DNA of 64,000 bases from NCBI GenBank assembly GCA_002269645.1, contig NIVC01000399.1, forward strand, positions 62,001 to 126,000, given 5' to 3'. Positions 1 to 11,269 of this stretch are shown here, one piece after another (within the stretch, counting starts at the first letter, position 1; each line of letters begins with the position of its first letter). Source of the stretch: Macrostomum lignano. Taxonomy: Eukaryota. The position numbers were made by a program, and so were the translations under genes. The notes under the pieces were generated by a model. That model did not search any database and was not told the origin of the DNA. It saw only the letters and a program-made list of their open reading frames with translations.

Positions 1-246
1 CTATCTATCTATCTATCTATCTGTTTAACTGTCTTTCGAAAATATTTCATAGAATAAAATCGCATTAAAGATCAGCCGAATATCAAATGAGGAAAGTCAA
101 ACACAATGAATAAGCCGATTACTTCGAAGTGAAGTCTAGGATTTCCATTAAATCAGTCAGATCATATAAACGGAGATGCCGAAAGCAACAGAGCTACAGT
201 GATAAGGGACTAAAATCTAGACCTCAATTTTCTCCCTGCCATGCAG

Positions 247-347
247 TCTGTTTGAGATCACGCAGTCGCTCTACTGGTCAACCTACGGTCTGGTTGAGCT
301 GAGCAACACAGATCTGGAGTATCAGCACTCATTCACCGAGTTTGTTG
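247..347 (+). CDS. TRPC/TRP-gamma-like channel, pore-helix exon (LFEITQSLYWSTYGLVELSNTDLEYQHSFTEFVG)
   Basis: Acceptor cctgccatgcag at 246, donor G|gtgagt at 348. Translation resembles the TRPC4/5 pore region (LFETLQSLFWSIFGL...HEFTEFVG). Phase-1 end matches the phase-1 start of the 6642 exon. Too short for the ORF track. Confidence 0.93.
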
Positions 348-374
348 GTGAGTTCATAATGGAAGGCTTTTGTT

Positions 375-530
375 TACAAGGTACAAGGTACGAGGTACAA
401 GGTACAAGGTACGAGGTACAAGGTACAAGGTACAAGGTACAAGGTACAAGGTACAAGGTACAAGGTACAAGGTACAAGGTACAAGGTACAAGGTACAAGG
501 TACAAGGTACAAGGTACAAGGTACAAGGTA
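375..530. repeat. 7-bp tandem repeat (TACAAGG)n
   Basis: Directly visible; starts about 25 nt after the TRPC donor at 348. Confidence 0.97.
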
Positions 531-845
531 CGAGCTACAATCAAACTTTGAAACAAATTTTTTATTTACTAGATTTATTGACAACAATTAACTTAGGCAG
601 CATTTATAACAAATAAATATTTATCATAAACATTTTTGAAGCTTTGAGCATAGAGTTAACAATTTTCGGCACATATATACGGATAATTGAAGTGCATTTT
701 GTAAAATGCAAAACTCACCAAACTGAGGTTAGTTTTGCTGATGTTTTCTAGATAGAAGAGCATTGATCAATTTATCAATACACGAAATCTGAGATTTGAC
801 AGATTAAACAGTCTGTAGTCATGAGAACTCAAAGGAATTTGGGTG

Positions 846-1233
846 CTACTCTTTGGCAGCAGCTTTGCGACTGTAACTCTTCGACTGAGGCATCCTTTGA
901 ATGTCTTCGCTCTGTCTGGACTGCAGCGGCCGCGGCGGCGGGGGCGGCGGCGGCGTCTCGCTGGGGTCACCAGCTGGCGGCTCCTGAGGGTCCTCGTACA
1001 CCCCAGAGTCGGTCCTGTTATTAGCAGGCACCGCCGAGGTGGATACAATAGTTGACAAATTGGTCACCTGGGAGGTGAGAGTGTTGTACGAGGCTGGATT
1101 GAAGTAGCCCAGATTCTGGTGCTGCAGCTGGTAGTGATTCTGCTGACGTCTGAGGTTCAGCACGGTGCTGTCTGCGTCCACGGATGACACTGAAGCGTCT
1201 TGAGACACCAGGCGGCTGATGATAAGGGCGTTG
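846..1233 (-). CDS. DSL-like protein, exon 8, cytoplasmic tail ending ...SRKAAAKE*
   Basis: aatttcag acceptor, phase 2, in the frame of ORF 846-1274. The eight exons total 1344 nt (447 aa plus stop) with no internal stop. Confidence 0.8.
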
Positions 1234-1278
1234 CTGAAATTTAAATTGCGATCCATGTAGCTACATGTGCGCATCCGC

Positions 1279-1478
1279 TGCAGAGGGGGCGCCAGCTACA
1301 GAGGGGGCGCCAGCTACAGAGGGGCGCCAGCTGCAGAGGGGCGCCAGCTGCAGAGGGGCGCCAGCTACAGAGGGGGCGCCAGCTACAGAGGGGGCGCCAG
1401 CTACAGAGGGGCGCCAGCTGCAGAGGGGCGCCAGCTGCAGAGGGGCGCCAGCTACAGAGGGGGCGCCAGCTACAGAGG
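1279..1478. repeat. 17-18-bp minisatellite (cagagggggcgccagcta)
   Basis: Visible; fills DSL-like intron 7. Confidence 0.95.
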
Positions 1479-1492
1479 CGCTTCGCTCTCAC

Positions 1493-1596
1493 CTCTCCGA
1501 CGCTTTGCACATCTTGATGGCCACCAGAGCAATGACAGCCAATATGAAAATGCTGGTCATTGAGGAGGCCATCACGGCTATGAAAAGAACGCTGGT
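1493..1596 (-). CDS. DSL-like protein, exon 7, transmembrane helix (TSVLFIAVMASSMTSIFILAVIALVAIKMCK)
   Basis: ttttcgcttcag acceptor, AG|gtgaga donor; hydrophobic run followed by basic stop-transfer residues. Confidence 0.85.
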
Positions 1597-1670
1597 CTGA
1601 AGCGAAAATTTTTTTTAACGTTGAACTGTTGCGACTGACTTCAGCGAATTTACACAAATCTTCAACTCAC

Positions 1671-1774
1671 AGCTTCATCTCTGTTTCGATTGTCGGAATT
1701 GCCATTGCTTGATCCCGCGCCTCCGGGTCCGCTGGTTGGGAATGCCGGTTTCGTGGCCAGCTGGGCTGAGCAGT
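1671..1774 (-). CDS. DSL-like protein, exon 6 (DCSAQLATKPAFPTSGPGGAGSSNGNSDNRNRDEA), last DSL Cys plus short stalk
   Basis: tttccgcag acceptor, GCT|gtgagt donor; phases 1-0. Confidence 0.8.
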
Positions 1775-1822
1775 CTGCGGAAATATGAAAATTTCTACGT
1801 ATGAACTACTCGTTATTCTACT

Positions 1823-1979
1823 TAGGAGTCGACAACCTCCGGCCCGCGAAGCCTCTCTATCGCGCCCTTGGGTCTTTCATCTACTTTCCTTTCTCCCCTT
1901 CTTTCTCCCCTCTCTAGTCCGCAGTCATGTGCTAGATTCTACATCTAGCCCTTAAATTAAAAAAGCTTGCCAACCCCTG
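1823..1979. mobile_element. hAT-like MITE (about 157 bp)
   Basis: Left end taggagtcgacaacct vs reverse complement of right end caggggttggcaagct (11/16 match). Flanking 8-mers attctact / atttaact (6/8) look like a decayed 8-bp TSD. Confidence 0.6.
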
Positions 1980-2004
1980 ATTTAACTGATTCTACCCCTC
2001 AGAA

Positions 2005-2335
2005 TGCACCCACCTCACTCAGCGTCAATTCCTGCCCCTACGAGTATAGACCAACCACCTAACTCCGCGTCGATTCCCGACCATCCACCTCACTCCGCGT
2101 CGATTCCTACCCCTCAAGACCACCCACCTCACTCCGCGTCGATTCCTACCCCTCAAGACCACCCACCTCACTCCGCGTCGATTCCTACCCCTCAAGACCA
2201 CCCACCTCACTCCGCGTCGATTCCTACCCTCAAGACCACCCACCTCACTCCGCGTCGATTCCTACCCCTCAAGACCACCCACCTCACTCCGCGTCGATTC
2301 CTACCCCTCAAGACCACCCACCTCACTCCGCCCAT
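2005..2335. repeat. 39-bp minisatellite (ccacctcactccgcgtcgattcctacccctcaagaccac)
   Basis: Visible; 13-aa periodicity in overlapping ORFs. Confidence 0.95.
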
Positions 2336-2382
2336 CACCCCCACAGAGTAGCCTAGCTAAAAACATAGCACACCAATCTCAC

Positions 2383-2510
2383 CAATTGTTTCATCGCATC
2401 GCAACAGACCCTCCGAATCGCAGCAGCAGCCTCGCTGCGGTTCGCAGCGCACGTCGCAGCCTCTGCCGTAGAATCCGGGACTGCACTCGATCCAGACTGA
2501 GATGCGCATT
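2383..2510 (-). CDS. DSL-like protein, exon 5, DSL motif (ECSPGFYGRGCDVRCEPQRGCCCDSEGLLRCDETI)
   Basis: Matches the DSL pattern CxxxYYGxxCxxxCxP...CxxxGxxxC; splice phases 2-1. Confidence 0.85.
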
Positions 2511-2597
2511 CTGTTTTTTTGAAAAAAATAAATATTTTTAAACTGCTGGTGTCTCGTAGTCAGTAACTTTGCTTCGACATCCAAAGCTTTTTCTCAC

Positions 2598-2872
2598 CTG
2601 ATTGACTCTGGAGAATGAATTGGCTGCATCGACAGTACGGCTGGATTACCTTTCATTGAGGATGGGTGAATAACCAGCTGGCCCTTACTAAAGCTTCCAA
2701 TATCTTGATTAACGCTTAAACTACTGTTGGTATCCATGGCAACGGTAGTAGTCGTCTTAGTAGGGATAAACTCGGCGATTGGGATGGTGATATTCAATTG
2801 GAACCTTGCTATTAAATCTGTTGGCGAAGAGTACAGACAGTCTGAGATGCTAATGCGGACCTCGGCCCAGCT
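2598..2872 (-). CDS. DSL-like protein, exon 4 (SWAEVRISISDCLYSSPTDLIARF...PESIR)
   Basis: ctttcttttacag acceptor, AG|gtgaga donor; contains ORF 2594-2797; phases 0-2. Confidence 0.8.
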
Positions 2873-2904
2873 CTGTAAAAGAAAGAGGCATTGAAAGTGT
2901 CCTC

Positions 2905-3285
2905 AGATAGCCCACCCCATTCCACCGTTATTTCTTGCCCCTCACTGCGCCCCCACTCCCCCGTTATTTCCTACCCTCACTGCGCCCCCACTCCCCTGTT
3001 ATTTCCTACCCTCACTGCGCCCCCACTCCCCCGTTATTTCCTACCCTCACTGCGCCCCCACTCCCCCGTTATTTCTTGCCCCTCACAGCGCCCCCACTCC
3101 CCGTTATTTCCTACCCTAACTGCGCCCCCACTCCCCCGTTTTTTCTTGCCCCTCACTGCGCCCCACTTCTCCGTTATTTCTTGCCCCTCACTGCGCCCCC
3201 ACTCCACCGTTATTTCCTACCCTCACTGCGCCCCATTCCCCCGTTATTTCCACTCCTCCCTTTTTCTTGCCCCTCACTGCGCCCA
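2905..3285. repeat. 34-35-bp minisatellite (ccctcactgcgcccccactccccgttatttc...)
   Basis: Visible; fills DSL-like intron 3. Confidence 0.93.
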
Positions 3286-3372
3286 CCCCATTTGTTATTG
3301 TTCAGCTGCATTTAGACACCTATTTCATAGCCTCTAAAATTTATTCTAAATGAAAAATGATAAAAATCTTAC

Positions 3373-3493
3373 GGGCATCGGACCGTCTCGACTTTTGATT
3401 GGTTTGGCTAGCTCTGGCAGTCTTGACACTTCGTCTGGGAAGTAGACTCGCTCCTCGTTGCTTAGACAGGGGCTAGTGACTCGAATGTCTGGT
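3373..3493 (-). CDS. DSL-like protein, exon 3 (GPDIRVTSPCLSNEERVYFPDEVSRLPELAKPIKSRDGPMP)
   Basis: cattcag acceptor, CCC|gtaaga donor; phases 2-0 fit both neighbours. Confidence 0.8.
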
Positions 3494-3627
3494 CTGAATG
3501 AATAAGTTGAATCTAATTTCATTCAAAAATATTTTCGGTCGTGCACGGAATCGAATGAGGATACTTTGGCTTGAAAGTCGATTGGGAGCGCAAACCTTGG
3601 GTCATAGACAGTTTTCAATGTACTCAC

Positions 3628-3752
3628 CCGCCCCAGATGGCGGCAACATCAAAGGACGGATCGCAAGGCGACCTCATTGAGTCGCAGCTAGCTCCGCTGA
3701 TTCTCAGGTTGGCCAAATTTTCATAACTGATCAGACGGAGGACCAGCCTGGC
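3628..3752 (-). CDS. DSL-like protein, exon 2 (ARLVLRLISYENLANLRISGASCDSMRSPCDPSFDV), C2/MNNL-like N-terminus
   Basis: AG/GT boundaries (acaatag, GG|gtgagt), open in phase. Pattern resembles the first strands and Cys pair of the Notch-ligand N-terminal C2 domain. Confidence 0.8.
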
Positions 3753-3789
3753 CTATTGTACGCGACAGGTGTGAATTAGAAACATTTTA

Positions 3790-4585
3790 GCTCAGACTCT
3801 CAGTCTCACTTTTCCCTGCTGACTGACTCTCAGTCTCACTTTTCCCTGCTGACTGACTCTCAGTCTCACTTTCCCTGCTGACTGACTCTCAGTCTCACTT
3901 TCCCTGCTGACTGACTCTCAGTCTCACTTTCCCTGCTGACTGACTCTCAGTCTCACTTTCCCTGCTGACTGACTCTCAGTCTCACTTTCCCTGCTGACTC
4001 TCAGCTCCTATCTCACTTTTCCCTCCTGAGACTCTGTTTCTGTCTCACATTTATTCCTGAAAAAAAATCTGACTTTTAACTAATTCCATATTTCCACTGA
4101 ATCTCAGTCTCCTGACTCTCCTGACTTTACACCCTGACTATTTTCATTCCTGACTCTCGCCTGACTCTCCACTTCTGACTTTCTCCACTTCTGATTCTCA
4201 CAAACCCTGACTCTATTCTACCCCTGACTCTCTCCACCCCTGACTCTCTCCACCCCTGACTCTCTCCACCCTTGACTCTCTACACCCCTGACTCCCTCCA
4301 CCCCTGGCTCTATTCTACCCCTGACTCTCTCCACCCTGACTCTCTCCACCCTGACTCGCTCCACCCTTGACTCTCTTCACCCCTGACTCTCTCCACCCCT
4401 GACTCTCTAAACCCCTGACTCTCTACACCCTGACTCGCTCCACCCTTGACTCTCTAAACCCCTGACTCTCTAAACCCCTGACTCTCTCCACCCCTGACTC
4501 TCTAAACCCCTGACTCTCTCCACCCCTGACTCTCTCCACCCCTGACTCTCTAAACCCCTGACTCTCTCCACCCCTGACTCCCTGA
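3790..4585. repeat. Two adjacent CTGACTC-core arrays (about 29-30-bp, then 16-17-bp units)
   Basis: Visible; fill DSL-like intron 1. Confidence 0.92.
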
Positions 4586-4602
4586 CAGTCTGTTTAACTT
4601 AC

Positions 4603-4701
4603 CGACGAGTTAGCAGCCACTTGATGATGCTGAAGAACAAGTCCGTTGATAAGAAGAACGATAACAGAAAACTGTTGCAACAGCAGAGGCAAGTTCTTCA
4701 T
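4603..4701 (-). CDS. DSL/Notch-ligand-like TM protein, exon 1 (signal peptide MKNLPLLLQQFSVIVLLINGLVLQHHQVAANSS)
   Basis: ATG at 4701, hydrophobic leader, donor TCG|gtaagt; 99 nt, phase 0. Confidence 0.8.
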
Positions 4702-5364
4702 CGCGCTGTGAAGCAGTACCAGCTTCCGTAGTGCCAAGATATTCTAGAAATTCCCAGCACTGACCACTCGAAAATATCGCACCGCTGCATAAGGCCTTGT
4801 CATCCTGTTCAAGTTGATAAATATGCGAGTTTCGTCACACTAAAACTTGGATTGCTATAATTAACATGCCCTTTGTTTACATTAGTAATGAACAAGCTAG
4901 GTCAACCCACTCCATGGATGGACATTTGCAACTGTCATGGTGTTCTAATATTCAATGTCTGGTTAGGGACACGGAGAAATTCTGATGATAAATATTTGAT
5001 GATTAGGCTTATAAGATCAGGGTTCAAAGTTTGCAGCGACTGTACGCAGCTACTGTTTAGTTTCGTAAACGCTTTAAAGTGTTTATAAAAGCAGTTTTTG
5101 TTTCCGGTGCTTTTCTGCAACTTATCAGAAATAATAGCAAGCAATGCACATCCAGTTCATGTCCTCAGATGACTTTTTTCCTACCAATAAAAGTAAATGC
5201 CGTAACTGTTAATTTTAATCTTGCAGTTGGGTGGTTGACGGGACAAATAAATAAGATATGATTCGTGTTTTTCCACAGAGCCAATGGTTGCATGCTAATT
5301 GACTTACTTTATCACAGGATTGTGTAGGTGGCAGATTTAGGTTGGCGGGGGTGGATGAGAGAAT

Positions 5365-6360
5365 AATTGAGATTAGAGACTTGGGGTCAGATTAGATTAG
5401 ATACTTTGGGTGAGATTAGATTAGAGACTTTGGGTGAGATTAGATTAGAGACTTTGGGTGAGATTAGATTAGAGACTTGGGGTCAGATTAGATTAGATAC
5501 TTTGGGTGAGATTAGATTAGAGACTTTGGGTGAGATTAGATTAGAGACTTTGGGTGAGATTAGATTAGATACTTTGGGTGAGAATAGATTAGAGACTTTG
5601 GGTGAGATTAGATTAGAGACTTTGGGTGAGATTAGATTAGAGACTTTGGGTGAGATTAGATTAGAGACTTGGGGTGAGATTAGATTCGAGGCTTTGGGTG
5701 AGATTAGATTAGAGACTTTGGGTGAGATTAGATTAGAGACTTGGGGTGAAACTAGATTAGAGACTTTGGGTGAGATTAGATTAGAGACTTTGGGTGAGAT
5801 TAGATTAGAGACTTGGGTGAGACTAGATTAGAGACTTTGGGTGAGATTAGATTAGATACTTTGGATGAAATTAGATTAGAGACTTCGGTTGAAATTAGAT
5901 TAGAGACTTTGGGTAAGATTATATTAGAGACTTCGGTGAGATTAGATTAGAGACTTTGGGTAAGATTATATTAGAGACTTCGGTGAGATTAGATTAGAGA
6001 CTTTGGGTAAGATTAGATTAGAGACTTCGGTGAGATTAGATTAGAGACTTTGGGTAAGATTAGATTAGAGACTTCGGTGAGATTAGATTAGAGACTTTGG
6101 GTAAGATTAGATTAGAGACTTTGGGTGAGATTAGATTATATTACTTTGGGTGAGATTAGATTAGAGACTTTGGGTGAGATTAGATTAGAGACTTTTCAGT
6201 GAGATTAGATTAGAGACGTTTAAGTGAGATTAAATTAGAGACGTTTAAGTAAGATTAGATTAGAGACTTTGAGTGAGATTAGATTAGAGATTCTGAGTAA
6301 GAGAGTGAGATTAGACTAGAGACCCTGGGTGAGAGAGATTAGATTAGATTAGATTAGAGA
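5365..6360. repeat. 24-bp minisatellite (gagattagattagagactttgggt)
   Basis: Visible; 8-aa periodicity in ORF 5367-5831. Confidence 0.96.
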
Positions 6361-6641
6361 TTCTGTACCAAGCTGAAACTAAGCTCATTAAGGTTTAGTC
6401 CTATTTGACCGGGCATCCGTGAATACTATGGATTGAAATTGAGACCCAAGTTCGATTCCTAGGAATTTGAAGAAACAGAAATTGCAGTAGAAATGCAACT
6501 GCGGGTTTGCTGCTTAAGGTATATATATCAGCATTTTTAGCTGACACAGTTGTGCATTTATTTGCTCTTGGTTTTGTAAACTACTGCTAGTAATATATGC
6601 AATCAAAAAGGCAAAACCGTTCATTTTCTTCATTTCCGCAG

Positions 6642-6736
6642 GCAAACTGATGTACGGCGTGTTCTCAGCAATCACGTTTGTTGTCCTGCTGAACATGCTC
6701 ATCGCCATGATGAACTGCAGCTATGAGTTTATCGCG
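6642..6736 (+). CDS. TRPC-like channel, S6 exon (GKLMYGVFSAITFVVLLNMLIAMMNCSYEFIA)
   Basis: Acceptor ttccgcag at 6641, donor GCG|gtgcgt at 6737. LLNMLIAMM is the TRPC S6 signature. Confidence 0.95.
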
Positions 6737-6747
6737 GTGCGTGACAT

Positions 6748-7765
<1,018 letters not shown>

Positions 7766-8199
7766 TCCTCCTATTCCTTCCTAGAAACTATTTATTCCTC
7801 AACAGGAGTTTATCAGTCCTTTTTCTTCACTGTCTTATAAACGGTACAAAAATCAGCATGCTTCATCACATCGCATAAAATAAAGATAAAGGTATTCCAG
7901 CTTCTAAACACATTTAAAAAGGTTGATCATAATATGTCTTCAGCTTGAATCAAAAAAACTTTCGCGCCTCTTTACCTCTCAACATTTGACCTTTTTCTAA
8001 GTCTTCTAATGCAGCGGTTTTGTAAATATTTACTTCGAAGCCAATATAGCCAAGGAAATAAGACTTTTGCATCTCTTTGAAAAGAGGATAACCCACTGGC
8101 AGACGAACCAAACTGAAGTTGAAAACTGTTTTATAAATCCTAAGATTGTAATCCTAACTAATCCCTGATATCTGTTGTCGAACCGTGATTTTTAATGAT

Positions 8200-9170
8200 C
8201 TGACACCTCCCTGTCAAACAGTGAATTCATTCACCTGACACCTCCCTGTGAAACAGTGAATTCACCCAATCTGACACCTCCCTCTCAAACAGTGAATTTA
8301 CCTATCTGACACCTCCCTGTCAAACAGTGAATTCACCCAATCTGACACCTCCCTCTCAAACAGTGAATTCACCCAATCTGACACCTCCCTCTCAAACAGT
8401 GAATTCACCCAATCTGACACCTCCCTCTCAAACAGTGAATTCACCCAATCTGACACCTCCCTCTCAAACAGTGAATTTACCTATCTGACACCTCCCTGTC
8501 AAACAGTGAATTCACCCATCTGACACCTCCCTCTCAAACAGTGAATTTACCTATCTGACACCTCCCTCTCAAACAGTGAATTCACCTATCTGACACCTCC
8601 CTCTCAAACAGGGAATTCACCTATCTGACACCTCCCTCTCAAACAGTGAATTCACCCATCTGACACCTCCCTCTCAAACAGGGAATTCACCCATCTGACA
8701 CCTCCCTCTCAAACAGTGAATTCACCCATCTGACACCTCCCTCTCAAACAGTGAATTCATCCATCTGACACCTCCCTCTCAAACAGTGAATTCACCCAAT
8801 CTGACACCTCCCTCTCAAACAGTGAATTCACCCATCTGACACCTCCCTCTCAAACAGTGAATTCACCCAATCTGACACCTCCCTCTCAAACAGGGAATTC
8901 ACCCATCTGACACCTCCCTCTCAAACAGTGAATTCACCCATCTGACACCTCCCTCTCAAACAGTGAATTCACCCAATCTGACACCTCCCTCTCAAACAGG
9001 GAATTCACCCATCTGACACCTCCCTCTCAAACAGGGAATTCACCCATCTGACACCTCTCTCTCAAACAGTGAATTCACCCATCTGACACCTCCCTCTCAA
9101 ACAGTGAATTCATCCATCTGACACCTCCCTCTCAAACAGGGAATTCACCCATCTGACACCTCCCTGTCAA
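8200..9170. repeat. 35-36-bp minisatellite (tctgacacctccctctcaaacagtgaattcaccca)
   Basis: Visible. Units are near-identical with no unique spacers, so not CRISPR. Confidence 0.96.
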
Positions 9171-9199
9171 GCAGTGTCTCCCCTGCCCTGCCCCCGCAG

Positions 9200-9394
9200 A
9201 TGCAATCGGACACAGAGTGGAAGTTCGCCCGCAGCAAGCTGTGGATCAGCTACTTCGAAGAGGGCGGCACCCTGCCAGTGCCGTTCAACATCGTGCCCAG
9301 TCCGAAGACTTTCCTGTACGCGCTGTACTGGCTGAAGGACAAACTGTGCTCCTGTTCTAAGAAACATCAGCGCAGCAAGTGGCAAAGCATTCGG
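9200..9394 (+). CDS. TRPC-like channel, TRP-box exon ([34 protein letters not shown])
   Basis: EWKFAR TRP box and [12 protein letters not shown] box 2. Acceptor cccccgcag at 9199, donor CGG|gtaaaa at 9395; 195 nt, phase 0-0. Confidence 0.96.
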
Positions 9395-9494
9395 GTAAAA
9401 ATTCACACTTTTTTCATTTCTAATTTTCAAATCCTATCAATAAATTTATTGGCTTGACGAAACCTGAGTATTGTTTTTTATTAACTATTTTCAG

Positions 9495-9536
9495 AATATT
9501 GTTAGGAAAGTCAATGAAAAAGAAATTCGCTATCAG
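9495..9536 (+). CDS. TRPC-like channel, 42-nt exon (NIVRKVNEKEIRYQ)
   Basis: tttcag acceptor and CAG|gtaatg donor, in frame. Gives the RYQ.VMR.LV.RY motif when joined to the next exon. Confidence 0.85.
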
Positions 9537-9584
9537 GTAATGTCTAAAAGCTGCCTTTTGTATGCGTGTTACAATATCCCGGTT

Positions 9585-9955
9585 AGAGTTAAATCAGTTC
9601 CCTGTTAGATTCCTGTTAGATTCCTGTTAGATTCGTGTTAGATTCTTGTTACATTCCTGTTAGGTCCTGTTAGATTCCTGTTAGATCCCTGTTAAATCCC
9701 TGTTAGATCCCTATTAGATTCCTGTTAGATTCCTGTTACATTCCTGTTAGGTCCCTGTTAGATTCCTGTTAGATCCCTGTTAAATTCCTGTTAGATTCAT
9801 GTTAGATACCTGTTAGATACCTGTTAGATACCTGTTAGATCCCTGATAGACCCTGTAAGATTCCTGTTAGATACAAGCCTGATTCATGTTAGTTTCATGT
9901 TAGATCCATGTTAGATTCATGTTAGATCTATGTTAGATCCATGTTAGACTCATGC
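9585..9955. repeat. 11-bp minisatellite (gttagattcct)
   Basis: Visible. Confidence 0.92.
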
Positions 9956-9997
9956 TATATCCCAATAAGCGCTTACGCAACTCGCATTCTTCCTCAG

Positions 9998-10181
9998 TCG
10001 GTCATGCGCTCCCTCGTCAAGCGCTACCTGGCAGCCCGGCAGAGATCCGATGAGAAGCAGGGCGTCACGGAAGACGACCTGAACGAAATCAAAGGCGACA
10101 TCAGCGCATTCAGATTCGAGCTGCTTGAGATTCTGCGAACGAATGGAATGAAAACGCCAGCTTATACCGAACAGCGTTCGA
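9998..10181 (+). CDS. TRPC-like channel, C-terminal coiled-coil exon (SVMRSLVKRY...TEDDLNEIKGDISAFRFELL)
   Basis: Conserved TRPC rib-helix/coiled-coil motif. Acceptor cttcctcag at 9997, donor A|gtgagt at 10182. Confidence 0.93.
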
Positions 10182-10204
10182 GTGAGTGGCGGTTATTTTC
10201 TGAT

Positions 10205-10715
10205 TCCCCAGCTAGGGATTCTCTGATTCCCCAGCTACAGACTCCCTAATTCCCCAGCTGCAGACTCTCTAATACCCCAGCTGCAGACTCTCTAATACCC
10301 CAGCTACAGACTCTCTAATACCCCAGCTAGAGACTATCTAATACCCCAGCTAGAGACTCTCTAATACCCCAGCTAGAGACTCTCTAATACCCCAGCTAGA
10401 GACTCTCTAATACCCCAGCTAGAGACTCTCTAATACCCCAGCTAGAGACTATCTAATACCCCAGCTAGAGACTCTCTAATACCCCAGCTAGAGACTCTCT
10501 AATACCCCAGCTAGAGACTCTCTAATACCCCAGCTAGAGACTCTCTAATACCCCAGCTAGAGACTTTCTAATACCCCAGCTAGAGACTCTCTAATACCCC
10601 AGCTAGAGACTCTCTAATACCCCAGCTAGAGACTCTCTAATACCCCAGCTAGAGACTCTCTAATACCCCAGCTAGAGACTCTCTAATACCCCAGCTAGAG
10701 ACTCTCTAATACCGC
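10205..10715. repeat. 23-bp minisatellite (ccccagctagagactctctaata)
   Basis: Visible. Confidence 0.96.
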
Positions 10716-11269
10716 AGCTTGATTCTGGATTTAGTTTTTCGCTGAACATCAGAAAACAAGTCCCACTATCTATTTAATATATCCTTATCTAATTCAACCT
10801 ATCCTACTAACTAAGTAGTGCAACTGGCAGTCTATCCGACAAACTCTATAGCTACATGTAGTAGAAGCTAACTAAATCTGGTTAAATCTAGAAATCTCTA
10901 TTTTTATCTATCTATAAGCTATAGTTTTGTAGAGTCCAGCAGCGACCTCAGACTTACAGAGAGAAGCCAGTCCAGCAGAGAGATAAGAATGAAATCAACC
11001 CGACCAGCATGCATTGTCAAGCCACACTGTGGAAATTTCCATTCAATTCCGACAGCTCGTTGAATTGAGACGCGAACTAAAATATGAGAAATAGGTCTCT
11101 CTCTCTCTCTCTCTCTCTTTCTGTGTGCCTCTCTCTGTGTAGGGTGCACTCAAATTTAATGCTGCTTAAAAATTAGAAACAGGTGGTGTCCAAACTCTTT
11201 AACTGGCTATTCCTGCTCTCTCTGTAAATCTACCTTGAGAATCTCACCCTTTTATTGTGATCTTCTTGT

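Noticed and set aside
6420-6470. B-box-like gttcgattcc suggesting a tRNA
   Set aside because: No A-box or cloverleaf stems at correct spacing.
8200-9170. 35-36-bp repeats of CRISPR-like length (also 38925-39995, 40690-46705, 62705-63355)
   Set aside because: Units are contiguous with no unique spacers, there are no cas genes, and the context is a eukaryotic intron.
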